Source: Macrostomum lignano (lineage: Eukaryota). From it: 64,000 nucleotides of DNA. Under the pieces are notes generated by a model. That model was not told where the DNA came from and did not search any database. It saw only the letters and a list, made by a program, of their open reading frames with translations. The stretch spans positions 107,866-171,865 of the forward strand of contig NIVC01002119.1 of NCBI GenBank assembly GCA_002269645.1. Reading direction: 5' to 3'. Made by a program: the position numbers and the translations under genes. Positions 1-11,727 of the stretch are shown one piece after another. Within the stretch, counting starts at the first letter, position 1. Each line of letters begins with the position of its first letter.

Positions 1-1
1 G

Positions 2-232
2 GGAGTCTTCACTGGCCCAGGCAAGAACGTTCCTTTTCTCATTGGTCGACGAGCTTGCGCAGGAGAGGGTCTGGCTCGGATGGAGGTGTTCCTCATGTTC
101 ACCGCCATCATGCAGCGCTACCGGGTCTCCCTGGCTCCGGAATTCGTCGGCAGAGAAGCTGAGATTCTCAAAGGATCTCTTGGGATACTGCGAAAGCCAG
201 GGGAGCACAAACTTGTTTTCGAACGGCGATGA
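2..232 (+). CDS. Cytochrome P450 (CYP2 clan), 3' end only (5' part outside window)
   Basis: Frame from nt 2 reads GVFTGPGKNVPFLIGRRACAGEGLARMEVFLMFTAIMQRYRVSLAPEF...KLVFERR* with the heme motif FxxGxRxCxG; near-identical DNA to 4278-4430. Not in the ORF track in this frame. Confidence 0.95.
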   Translation, partial: GVFTGPGKNVPFLIGRRACAGEGLARMEVFLMFTAIMQRYRVSLAPEFVGREAEILKGSLGILRKPGEHKLVFERR

Positions 233-1582
233 AGATTGGACAGGCTGCATCGTGCTGATGACCAATTCATATGGACTTTTTTAAGATTTTCGGTCCTGCT
301 TCTATTTAGATTTTATGTTTAAAATTACAATCAAGCCTTTTTGCGTTAAGTCTCGTAAGATGGGACTCAATAAAAAATTATTCTACGCTGTGTATCGCGA
401 TACGAACACTGAATCTTGTGCTGAAATACTGATGCGGGCCATCAAGGTGCCCCGCTTGCACTAGGAATCATACACTGTGATTAGTAAAACTATTAATAAC
501 AGTATGGAGCTTTACCAACTGATTTTAATTGTAAAAGCTATTTAACATTACTTTTACTTATCTCGAAAACTGAATAAATGATGGCAACTACGGTATAATT
601 GTATTTTATTGTATGTTATTAAAAATTACATATTTTAATGCTCTGTTTAAAATTCTTTAAAGAAGATTTATGAAAAATAAATTCTAACGCTTTCTCTCTT
701 GTTTTGCAAAGTGATTTAACAATACTTGGCTTCACGCAGCTGCATGTGGGAAAGCTGAAAGCTGCTTGCCAAATGAGGGCAACGGCTGAAAGTAGGTGAG
801 TGCTATAGGTTCAGAAAATGTCAAAGCATGCACTCTTGGCCTGGGCCTCCACGCTGGCACTGCCATCGTGGCACAGTCGAGGCCAGTGTCTCATTGAGAT
901 AAGACAATCAGTAGGAGAGAAGGCTGTCTCATTTGCTCAGTACTCGAAAGTATACAAACTGTGCGAGGAGAGCTGAGGCCCCATCTGAAGCCAACGTGTG
1001 GGGGCAGGCATTAGAAGCAAAAATAAACATAAAGCAAAGTTTGATGCCAACTTCAAAAGCCTTAATTGTTTGCCACCTATTGAAAGATATACACGTAGCT
1101 GCTCATGTTTCCAAAGAAAAGAAAGTTACGTAACCTGCTCATGATTTTATGATTTGACAGACGTAAGAGATACAAAATGTATAAAGGAGTAATGCAACGC
1201 AATTTTAATATCATTAGGCAACTTCCGTTCTAGACAATTTGACAAGACGAATTTGAGAAGAATCATAGTTGAGGTCATAGCTGCCATGCCATTTCAGCAA
1301 CGCCGAAGATCGCAGAAGATTGGACCGTCTGTGGTCGTTACTTTTGAGAGTGCAGGGAAAGTCTCACTCAATGTTGCGAGTGACGCAACTCAGCTACGCC
1401 GCGGCAGACTTGAGTTGAGGAATGGAGTGGGGGAGCGGTGTGCGAGGGTTGGACGGACTAAAGCTACCTCGATCAGTTTTCTCGTATCTTTTATTTCAGA
1501 ACAGTCCAACAGAAATCGCTCACTGGCGCATAGAGTGGCGACTTTTCAATGCTGCTGAGAATACTTAAACACGCTTATGCAG

Positions 1583-2482
1583 GGGCCCGTGCTATAGAAT
1601 ACTCTTAACTCCTAAATCCTTAAGAGTGTCCTAACTCCTAGCTGGCTTTTCTGTGCTATAGAATCAAGAGTAAATTTTAAGAGCTAGGAGGCTCCTTAAG
1701 GACGTTAGGAGACTCCTGGGTGAATTTAGGAGACCTCATTAAGGTCCGTGGCATGCTATAGAATTAGGAGAGGAAGTCTAGGAGCTAGGAGTTGGCTTTT
1801 AGGAGTCATTCTAGGAGCGCGTGTCCTAAAGAATGAGAAAATTTCGCTCCTAACTCAATTGACTCCTAAGCAAGAGTTCAAGGGCCAATTTTCACTCTTA
1901 GACAAGCTAGGATTATAATGTTTTCGGACAGCGAATCGGATTCTGATGAGGAAGGAGTCGATGATAGACCAGCCGATCTCGGAAGATCCAGCCGAGAGCG
2001 CTATGCGTTTTAGACTTAACGAGATCCAGCTTTCAGGCCTAACAGATAGAATTCGACACAGAATCGAACATCTTAGTACCAAACTTTTCACGGCATTCCA
2101 ATATCACGTCTTGCCACATAGCAATCTTCGCATTCTTAGTTATGGTTGTACTAAACGCACCAAAGAGAACCTCTTTGCGTGCAGCGACAGCTCTCACAAA
2201 TGATATTTTTTGAGCAATTTGCATTTTCACTCCTGAGATTCAATCCTTAAGGACCGTAAAGTTAGATTGTGATATAGCACACAATTCTCTATCATCCTTA
2301 AACGATTGCGCAACACTCCTTGAACACACCCCAACTCCTAGGCTGCACTCCTTGCAAGAACTCCTAGCTCCAAACTCTTAACTCCTGAAATCTATAGCAC
2401 ACAAAATTCAATCACTCCTTGTCAAGAGTACTCTTGAGTCCTAGCTCCTAACTTCTAACTCCTGATTCTATAGCACGGGCCC
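1583..2482. mobile_element. Non-autonomous PIF/Harbinger-like DNA transposon (internal deletion derivative)
   Basis: Perfect 18-bp TIR GGGCCCGTGCTATAGAAT (1583-1600 / 2465-2482); flanks CAG/(C)AG; subterminal GCTATAGAAT and CTCCTA repeats; internal remnants of a Myb/SANT-like ORF (minus, KISFVRAVAARKEVLFGAFSTTITKNAKIAMWQDV) and a possible transposase N-terminus (plus). Confidence 0.85.
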
Positions 2483-2993
2483 CAGATGACCGAGTGAACG
2501 AATTTTCCCGCAGCATGCAAATAATCATGCGGTTAGTGAATCATTACAATCGTGAGACTAGGTAAATAATTTTTTCATACAAGCTAGCAATAACGATGGC
2601 GTAAATATTATCGATGCTATGAATATGAATGAAGAGAGAGATAGTAATGAACATTTAGCTGTTGTTAATTGGTAGAGAAATAAAAGTACACAATAATCTT
2701 GCCACGGCCCGCAGCAGTTGACTGTACGGTTTGCGCTGTACACGAATGGACAGTGTGCATGCATTCTGATACCGGGGAAAAGTTGCTGTACGCAAGTGGG
2801 CATTCAACCCTCCAATGAATGCAGTGGCAGGACAGACTGAGACGGGCGTCCCTCGCAGGGTGGGCTGGGGCTAAGTCAAGCACCGCCACTGGCTGAATAA
2901 AAAACAGACTGCTGCTCCGAAAAAAACACAAATTAACTATTGATATTTGCTGACTCGGTGAAGCAGCTTGAAAGTCACTCAACGTGGTCAACA

Positions 2994-4508
2994 ATGGCTC
3001 ACCTACTGTCGTCTAGTATGGACAACAAGATGGCCCTCGGCATCGGCATGCCTGTTGCACTGCTTGGTTGTTACGGAGCCTACCAGTGGTACCGGTCGAG
3101 AGATCTACCTCCTGGTCCCATCGGACTGCCTGTTGTGGGCCGTTTGCCATGGCTTCACCCAAGTCAATTGCACCTTTGCATCGAGCAGATGGTTAACAAA
3201 TACGGTGACATCATCTCGTTTCGAATGGGTTCGCAGCTGATGATCGCCATCGGCAACTACGACATCCTCAAGGAAATGATGAATGACGACAACTATGCGG
3301 CTCGGCCCAGGCCACCGTTCCTGGAACGGCTGATTCAGGGATGCGGCATTTTCAACACGGAGGGCGAATCATGGACCCGGCAGCGCCGGCTTGCTCTGAA
3401 GAGTCTACGAGACTTCGGATTCGCTAGAACTCGATCTGCTGAGATGGTCGACGTACAGCTTGACCTCATCTTCCAGCTTCTTGAGAAATCCGTCGAGGAG
3501 AAGCAGAGCCTGCGAGTTATTGACGCGTTCACAGAGGCAACGAACGGGGTCATCGCGCAACTCACTATCAACCGTCGCTTCAAGCAGGACGAGGCCGAAT
3601 TTAAATTTCTCAACAGAGCAATAAAATCGTTCTTCGAGACACCCCTGTTTCTTTCGCTGCCGCTTCTGTTTCCTTACTTGGACCCGATTACGCGCATTTT
3701 GCCTTCAGCAGACAAGTTCATTCAGCTTGTCCTCGAATTCCACGAGTTCATTCGCGAGCAGATCCACATCCGCGAGTCAATCTTGATTGATGAATCTATG
3801 GAGCCCGAGTGCCTCTGCGATGTGTACATTCAGGAGAAACGGAAGGCTGAGAAGCTTGGCGACTTTGAAAGCTACAAGGAACTGCAAATCATTCGAGTAA
3901 TTCTCGAGTTTTTCATGGCTGGCACAGACACGACAGCGCGATCTCTGGAGTGGCTCTTCGTCCTGATGGCAACCCACCCGGACATCCAGAGCAAGGTGCA
4001 GAGCGAGCTTGACCAAGAGGTTGGCTCGGACAGACGAGTGCAAACATCGGACAAGCCAAAGCTGCACTTTACAAACGCAGTAATTGAAGAGGCCTATCGA
4101 TTCGTGTCGCTAGCTGTTGTTGGCCCATTTCATCGTGCGAAGAGCGAAGCCGTCTTCAATGGGTACAGAATTCCAAAGGATGCTGTGATTTTCCCGTGTG
4201 CTTATATTTCCAACCATGATCCCCGAATCTGGTCGAAGCCGAACGAGTTTTATCCTGAGCACTTCCTCGACCAGAAGGGAGTCTTCACTGGCACAGGCAA
4301 GAACGTCCCTTTTCTCATTGGTCGACGGGCATGCCCAGGAGAGGGTCTGGCTCGAATGGAGGTGTTTCTCATGTTCACCGCCATCATGCAGCGCTACCGG
4401 GTCTCCCTGGCTCCGGAGTTTGTCGGCAAGGAGGCCAAAATAGTGAAGGGCTTCATCTCTGGCTTGCGCACGCCTGGCGAGCACAGGCTGCTGTTTCGCC
4501 CCCGCTGA
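2994..4508 (+). CDS. Cytochrome P450 (CYP2 clan), intronless, ~504 aa
   Basis: N-terminal membrane anchor, PPGP hinge, WxxxR (WTRQRR), I-helix AGTDTT, ExxR (EEAYR), PEHF, PFLIGRRACPGEGLA. First ATG at 2994 (track start 2940 is a non-ATG codon); ATG at 3018 is an alternative. Confidence 0.96.
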   Translation: MAHLLSSSMDNKMALGIGMPVALLGCYGAYQWYRSRDLPPGPIGLPVVGRLPWLHPSQLHLCIEQMVNKYGDIISFRMGSQLMIAIGNYDILKEMMNDDNYAARPRPPFLERLIQGCGIFNTEGESWTRQRRLALKSLRDFGFARTRSAEMVDVQLDLIFQLLEKSVEEKQSLRVIDAFTEATNGVIAQLTINRRFKQDEAEFKFLNRAIKSFFETPLFLSLPLLFPYLDPITRILPSADKFIQLVLEFHEFIREQIHIRESILIDESMEPECLCDVYIQEKRKAEKLGDFESYKELQIIRVILEFFMAGTDTTARSLEWLFVLMATHPDIQSKVQSELDQEVGSDRRVQTSDKPKLHFTNAVIEEAYRFVSLAVVGPFHRAKSEAVFNGYRIPKDAVIFPCAYISNHDPRIWSKPNEFYPEHFLDQKGVFTGTGKNVPFLIGRRACPGEGLARMEVFLMFTAIMQRYRVSLAPEFVGKEAKIVKGFISGLRTPGEHRLLFRPR

Positions 4509-5802
4509 TTGGCACACATGGCCGAGTTTACGCTGAATGATTTTGCTTCTTTTGGAATCGACTACTTCTCAATATATTAAACCTATAATATGCCATACTT
4601 TTTGTAACATTTTCCTATTTCCTGAACGTTCAAAAAATTTTTTTAATTTACTACGGTTTGTTTTTTTTCAAGGACCCTGTGGGGCGTTGATTGGGTGCGT
4701 AAGCTTAACCTGTACACTACCATATAATTACTTTAAGGTTAAATTAGTTTTGGTCAAATAAATTTACCAGCGATTAATATATAATTCAGCTCCTACTGAT
4801 TGGACGCGTCTTGAAATCTTATACGCTTGTATTGACATTCCTGAACTGAATAGAAACAAAATTACACGCCATTTTACCATAAGATCAGTGATTAAAAGCA
4901 GTGCAGCTCGTCTGCACTCACTCGAACTTGCCTGTAAGAACGAGTACGTTGTTTAACAGTGCCCTGACGAGTGGCTTTGTCTATAAATCTATTGCTAAAT
5001 GTATCGTATTAAAAAATGATCAAATGCTTTACTGGTTTGAAGATTTTACAACTATGCAATTTTCCTTAAAAACCTTTAATTTTTCTTACGAATGGGCCTT
5101 CTTTAATTTAATCTGGATTGACTCTGTTTGGTGGTCACCTTTGGTCACATTTGTTAAAAGAATTCGATTAAATGTAAAGAAGTTCGCGCATCTGTAAACA
5201 ATATCAAAGTTTAAACACTTTTTTGTATTGCGAATTGTGATTAAAACAATTTGGGTACTCAGTTGTAAGTGAACAAATGCGTATGAAAGCGGCATTTTTG
5301 CCACCGGAAAAGTTCCTAAGAGCTCAGCGAGTGAGCTAAAAACCTTTTTAACCTTCAGTGATCCCTGAAGATTGATTTAAAAATAGTTTCGTGTGGCTGC
5401 TGCTGTCCAGCTTTATCACAGGCAGAGCTGTATCTCGGGCTGTACTATCAAACTGGGTTCGGAGATAGGGCAGTCGGGCAAGACCCAGGCCAAGTTGAAT
5501 GATTTATTATGACAACTGGGTGCTATAGGGCTAACAGTACAACGCAAGCATTCCGCAGACCCCTGTGCCACGCTGGATAATGCCACGCTGGAAGGCAAAA
5601 TAGCAATCTCTTCTATCTCTGCAGACCTGCATGGTAACCCGGCTGGGCAGGCAGTCTGCCCGTCACTGGCTGGCACAGAAAGCACAAAACAAACAGACCA
5701 AATTTTTTCTGCGTTCTCGTGGAAGGGTAAAAAATGAGAGACGCAAATGCAGCTTTCTAATCAGAGTTGATTCTGCACAGTCTGCCAGGTCATGACGTGA
5801 CC

Positions 5803-6030
5803 CGAGTGTGTGAACTCTATGCGAGTGTGTGAACTCTATGCGAGTGTGTGAACTCTATGCGAGTGTGTGAACTCTATGCGAGTGTGTGAACTCTATGCGA
5901 GTGTGTGAACTCTATGCGAGTGTGTGAACTCTATGCGAGTGTGTGAACTCTATGCGAGTGTGTGAACTCTATGCGAGTGTGTGAACTCTATGCGAGTGTG
6001 TGAACTCTATGCGAGTGTGTGAACTCTATG
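5803..6030. repeat. 19-bp minisatellite x12
   Basis: Perfect tandem CGAGTGTGTGAACTCTATG. Confidence 0.97.
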
Positions 6031-7009
6031 CAATATGCTCATACAATCCCGGCTTTATAGCCTCAAAATATCATTATTCGCACATGCAAGCATGCTTCAA
6101 AACTTAAATATTTCATAACGTTTTCTGGCCGTTGTCTGTTCCGCACGGACAGTGACTTGTCACTCTCATGATATCACTTTCATAATTTGTCACTGTCATA
6201 TTTTGTCACTCATAATTTATCACGCTCATAATTTGTACTCTCATAATGTCAATGTCAATGCTAATCTGACTCGCTTTCACGCCGCCATTGTCAATGTTGC
6301 AATTTTAGGGTTCCTTGAGATTCATAACTGAATTTTCATTAATTTTCGTTTCACCCTTACAAGTGTTTTCTCCAATTGTAAGTATCCTAGGCAGAAATTT
6401 ATAGTTTTGTGCGAAGGGTTTCGGGCAATAGGATGATTTTTCAAGCCCAAATATATTTGAGCAACTACATGCATTTGCGTCTCTTGGGATGGAAGAAACC
6501 TATACGGCCGAATGATATTGGCGTCTCATTTGTTTTGTGTGAATACAGGATTGCAAACACAAACATTTCATAAGGGCATCAAACACTACTGATCCTGTTC
6601 ACACAATTCGGTCATACCCAAAGGTACATCGAAGCAACATTATTCAGTCACCTCAACGACGTTTTAGCTTCCCAGTGGTTTGAAAGCCATTTTAGGAAAG
6701 ATGAATCCAGAAAGTAGCTTAATGTATTTAGAAAATGTTTCTCTTTCAAATCATTTTAGAACAGATGTCGATTGAATTTTCCACACCCGTACAACATAGC
6801 AAGAATGTCATGATGATTTAAGAAATTTAAACAAGCTAATTTTTAACGCGCATGATTCCCATTTACCAATTCTCAACAAAATTAAAAGCGAAAAATGACC
6901 AGTTATCATTGTAAGTAGTCACAGTCCAGGATTATTTGGCTGTTAGATTGACAATTAGGGGCAAAAGACAAGCTCTTAGCTTGAGAACCGGAGCAGAGAA
7001 GCAACCTGC

Positions 7010-8521
7010 TCAGCGCTTCTGAACAGACAGCTTGTAGTCCCCGGGCTGGCGGAGAATCCCATACGAGCCTTTCAGTATCTCCGCCTCCTTGCCAACGTAC
7101 TCCGGCGCCAGTGTGACCCGGAAGCGCTGCATGATGGCGCTGAAGACAAGCAGAACCTCCATACGTGCCAGTCCTTCCCCAGGGCAGGCCCGCCGGCCGA
7201 TCATAAAGGGCACGTTCTTGCCATGGCCAGTGTAGGCGCCCTTCTCGTTGAGGAAATGCTCCGGATAGAACTCGTCGGGTTTAGCCCAGATGCGCGAATC
7301 GTGGTTAATTCCGTAGGTGCATGGCAGAATAATCGAGTCCTTGGGAATCCGGTAGCCGTGAAAGATAGCGTCCTGCTTGGCCCTGTGCATAACGCCAATA
7401 GCCACTAGCGACACGAACCTGAACGACTCCTCAATGACAGCGAGAGTGTAGTTTAGTTCAGACTTGTCCGATGTTAGGGGCCGCCGCTCCGAGCCAACGA
7501 CGCGGATCAATTCCTCGTGAAGCTTGTCTTGAATCGCTGGGAAGACCGCCATTAGGACGACGAGCCACTCCAGCGAACGGGCTGTGGTATCAGTGCCAGC
7601 AACAAAAAATTCCACAACGCCCCGGACGATTTGGTGCTCCTTGAATGTCTCATAGTCACCACGTTTTTCACAGCGACGTCTCTCTTGGATGTACACGTCA
7701 CAGAGACATTCTGGTTCCATTGAGTCGTCAACAATCTCCTTGCGCTGGTTCACTTGGTTTCGGACGAAATCCTGCAGACCGAATACCAGGTTGTTGAAAG
7801 AACTACTAGCCGGCAAGGTTCTCACAATGACGTCTAACGATGGAAACAAAAGAGGCATGCTGAGCAAGAATGATGTGTTGAAGAAGGCCTTGATTGTTTC
7901 ATTCAGATAAATAAATTCCTTTTCACCCCGCTCGTACCTGCGCCCGAGCGTCAGTTGAGCAATCACACCGTTAGTGGCCTCAGTGAAGGCTTCAAGCGTG
8001 CGAATATGGTCGCCATTATCTGCTGCCGCTTCTAAAAGTTGGAAGATTATGTCTACTTGTGCGTCTACCATCTCAGCGGATCGAGTGCGGGCGAACCCAA
8101 AGTCACGAAGACTCCGCATAGCGAGGCGGCGCTGCTGCGACCAAGACTCGCCCTCAGTGAAGAAGATGCCGCATCCTTGGGTTACGCGGTCAAGGAATGG
8201 AAGCCGCGGCCGGCCAGTATAGTTTTCGTCTTCCATAATCTCCTTGAGTAGATCATAGCTGTTGACAGCGACCATCAGCTGGCTTCCCATTCGATATGAA
8301 ATCAGGTCGCCATACTGCTTGCACATCTCAATCACGCACAGGTGAGCCTGCTTCTGGTCCATCCATGGCAGGCGACCAATGACTGGCAGGGCGACGGGTC
8401 CTGGTGGTAAGCTTCTGTTTCTGAACCATCGGCTGGCTAGGTAACAACCAAACAATGCTACTGGTACACCCACACCGAGACTACTTGTCTGCAAATCTAA
8501 TGACGACAAGAGATGGGTCAT
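7010..8521 (-). CDS. Cytochrome P450 (CYP2 clan), intronless, ~503 aa, convergent with the 2994-4508 paralog
   Basis: Same motifs: PPGP, WSQQRR, AGTDTT, EESFR, PEHF, PFMIGRRACPGEGLA; ATG at 8521 preceded by TTTTCAG-CT. Confidence 0.96.
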   Translation of the reverse strand: MTHLLSSLDLQTSSLGVGVPVALFGCYLASRWFRNRSLPPGPVALPVIGRLPWMDQKQAHLCVIEMCKQYGDLISYRMGSQLMVAVNSYDLLKEIMEDENYTGRPRLPFLDRVTQGCGIFFTEGESWSQQRRLAMRSLRDFGFARTRSAEMVDAQVDIIFQLLEAAADNGDHIRTLEAFTEATNGVIAQLTLGRRYERGEKEFIYLNETIKAFFNTSFLLSMPLLFPSLDVIVRTLPASSSFNNLVFGLQDFVRNQVNQRKEIVDDSMEPECLCDVYIQERRRCEKRGDYETFKEHQIVRGVVEFFVAGTDTTARSLEWLVVLMAVFPAIQDKLHEELIRVVGSERRPLTSDKSELNYTLAVIEESFRFVSLVAIGVMHRAKQDAIFHGYRIPKDSIILPCTYGINHDSRIWAKPDEFYPEHFLNEKGAYTGHGKNVPFMIGRRACPGEGLARMEVLLVFSAIMQRFRVTLAPEYVGKEAEILKGSYGILRQPGDYKLSVQKR

Positions 8522-10991
8522 AGCTGAAAACAATTACTGTGTCTACTGTTTTTTGAAAATTTTCAGTATCACGATAGCTGTAGGTAGTTGTTTTCGTGGT
8601 TTTACCTAGGATCATGCTCTAATATAGACTCAATCTCGTTCCACGATAGCCTAGCAATACGCTTTACTTTCTTCAATGAACTTGATAGAAATTGTTGTGG
8701 TTGGCTGGACCTTGCCTCAAATTAGCTCAGATACGCTGGCACTGTACAAACGTACATTCATTCCGCTTCTCCTGATCTAAAAGAAGGTTGGGTAAACTGT
8801 ACTGTTGTAAATTCATTCCACTGCCCCACTTCAGTAGTTTTTCTAAGCTTTTCTTCCTGCCTATGCGCTGCAGCTTTTTGACCAGCCAAACTAACACGGT
8901 TCTTCAAACCTCAAAACTGATTCTAAGTACATTTATGATATAGATTTATGTAAATGCATACTACTATAGCCTAAAGGAGCTAGGATCGTGTACGTAATCA
9001 GCTCCTGCGGTTGATCAGCAGGATATTTTCACGACGAGCTATGCAGAGTGAAGACACCTTTGCATGCTCTCGTGGATCACATTCACCTTCACACGTTACA
9101 CGAAGATACATGTACTCCACTATATAGTTCATTATCCACTGCAACACTTCCTAGCTATATGTGATCTCATTTACCACGATGTATATGTACACATCTAATT
9201 AGCATCACTCAGCAAATTAAAATTGCAAACACAACAGCTATTGGTATTGGCGTCTCATGGCGCTCCCTACTAAATGTTGTTCCTGGTCAAAGAAAAAAGC
9301 CCAGAACAGAACCCGGGGCAATATCAGCACCAGCTGTGGGCAGTACAGCTCGGCACGGAATGAGTTGGTGTGCTAACTCAGGAATCGACCACAAGGCGCA
9401 GTAATATTTTGGACCATCAGCAGGCCGACGTTGCTCGCTTCGCATCCAGTCTATCCAGTTGTCATTAGATCCTTAGGTGTCGAGGATAGCCGGGTGAAAT
9501 CGTTGAAATATCTAAGCGGAGAGAGCAGCTTGTTCTATTTTTCTGTTCTGTATTTATATGTCCCTATGTGTAATAAGATTTTCAGGCACTGAGAAAAATT
9601 TATATCTAATATGGTTTTGCCATTTCCTAAAAAATGACTCATGGAATCATCTTTAGAGTGAATGATTATTTTTGGGTCCAGGCATCTAGGTTAAAAATAG
9701 CAAATGTGACTTAAATAAAATTTCCCATTTGGCATGATTTCCCGCGCGAAAAAATAAACCCATAGAAGGCATAACAAACTTTGTACGTAGCAAATACGGT
9801 GGCTTAGTGCGGTGCAAACGAGCCACCAATCGCTGGAAAGATTTTCAACCGGATTTATTTGATATTTGAGGGTACTTGCACATGTAGCCATGCTGATGCA
9901 ACGGTATGGTCACGAATTACAGCCAGCTCGTATTGTTTTGAGAATCTCACTCTCTAAAATTCCGCAAACAACGCGAGCGCAATTGTCGTGTTGTATTTTT
10001 TAATTTTTCGTGACCATCTTTTTCTAAGATATATCAAATCAAATCATGATTATGACTCCATAGAGGAGCTAGGCGTAGAGATTGTTCTAGCCGGTAGCCC
10101 TAGCTTGAGCCAAATGCGCCAGGGCCAGATGTTTGCATACTCAGAGTAAGCTTTAACAGTTAACATTTTGTTACGGGTATTTTTTTGCTGTCAGTACGTT
10201 TCGTTGTACAGACATAGTAGGGTAGGCCTAATTTTAGATGTTGACAACAATAGGTCAATTTTGAAAAGTATGTCTAGCATTAATAAATCTATCATCGCTA
10301 TCTACAACTATCAATACTTTTATGTCCATATATACTTACTAAGTATAGTAAAGTAGAGTGGCAAATAGATTATAGTTGTATAAAACTATTACTAAACTTT
10401 ATAAAATGGACTACTACATAGTCTGTTAAAAAGTTAACTTCTAAACTGTGCAACCCGAATTTATTATGGTTAATGCAATATAATTTTTATATTTTATACA
10501 AAAATATAATATATTATAAAAAGCTTTTTGCAACAGCTTTGTTCTGCATATAATTAAATTTTTCTCTTTGGCATCAACTAGGCCAGGCAGGCCTATTTAA
10601 TGCTCTTTGTTTTTGACCACTTATATGTAAATTTTCCTCATAAGTATTGCACATAAGATATTATTAATCTAAAATACTAATAATAAAAAATGATAACACT
10701 ATATTTAGTCTATAATTAGAAATATATGTGCAACCCATTTCTCTGATTTATATAAATTATGCAATTTACTTTTTGACAAAAATTACTTTCTTATGAAAAA
10801 TACCCAAGCAAAAGCTAATATAATTTTGGGTAGATGGCAACAATAACTATGACTATAATAATAAAGCTAAATGCCTCATTATCTAATTAGTATAACACCT
10901 ATATTTTTGGTTAGGTAGGGCATAGAAATAGTATATAGGTGGTACATAGATTTCCCCTTCAAAAGTTGTATTCCAATGTGCATGTCACATT

Positions 10992-11395
10992 CCATAATCA
11001 GGAAGGTGGCACAATGTGCGCTGGAATAAATTTTTTGGGACGATCTGTGTGCTATTTATGCGCCGCCATCTATGCGCCATTTGTGCACTTTCTATGTGCC
11101 ATGTCTATGCCCTTATTTTACATATTTTATGTAAATTATATATTTTACAATAAATTTACAAAATTCTTAGAATTCATGTAGACCCAATATGCTATGCCAG
11201 TTTTATGCTAATAAAGATTCTATTCTAATTCCTTATGCACCAAAGTTGTGCATAGCACCGCATATGTCAGGGACCTTATGTGCCACAATTATGCGCCGCA
11301 TGCACTAGGGACCTCAGTGTGCACCATGATTGTGCGCCAAGGACCCCTTGTGTGTGCAGAATTTTCTATGGCAAAGGCCACCTTCCTGACTATGG
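10992..11395. mobile_element. Small MITE-like element
   Basis: 19-bp inverted termini CCATAATCAGGAAGGTGGC / GCCACCTTCCTGACTATGG (1 mismatch); internal degenerate ATGTGCC/GCGCC repeats; no clear TSD. Confidence 0.6.
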
Positions 11396-11727
11396 GGCAT
11401 ACTATGCTACCTTGATTATATTATAGTATTTAACTATATAATCTAAGCTAAATAGTTTTTAAACAACTTAAAACATTGTTTGTATTTATTTTCTATTAAA
11501 AGTGTCACATGATAAATTGAGATCAATGTTCAATAGCATTTAGCTAGCACAATAGCTTTGTATTTTATTTTGTTTTAACTCTAATAAATAATGTATTTAT
11601 TATTAAAGCTAGTAATGTTCTTTTATTATAGAATTATAAAATTTACAGTATGTGCGTATCTAAGCGCTTCCCCCATTCCAATAATTACAACCAATTCAAT
11701 CACTGTTCTTCCTTCCATTGCTTGCAG

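Noticed and set aside
1253-1558. 101-aa ORF next to the Harbinger element
   Set aside because: Non-ATG start and no recognisable homology.
9330-9430. Possible extra SINE head (GGTCGATTCC on minus strand)
   Set aside because: No convincing A box or shared core with the other copies.
9738-9753. Bidirectional E2F-like site TTTCCCGCGCGAAAAA
   Set aside because: A single short motif with no TSS evidence.
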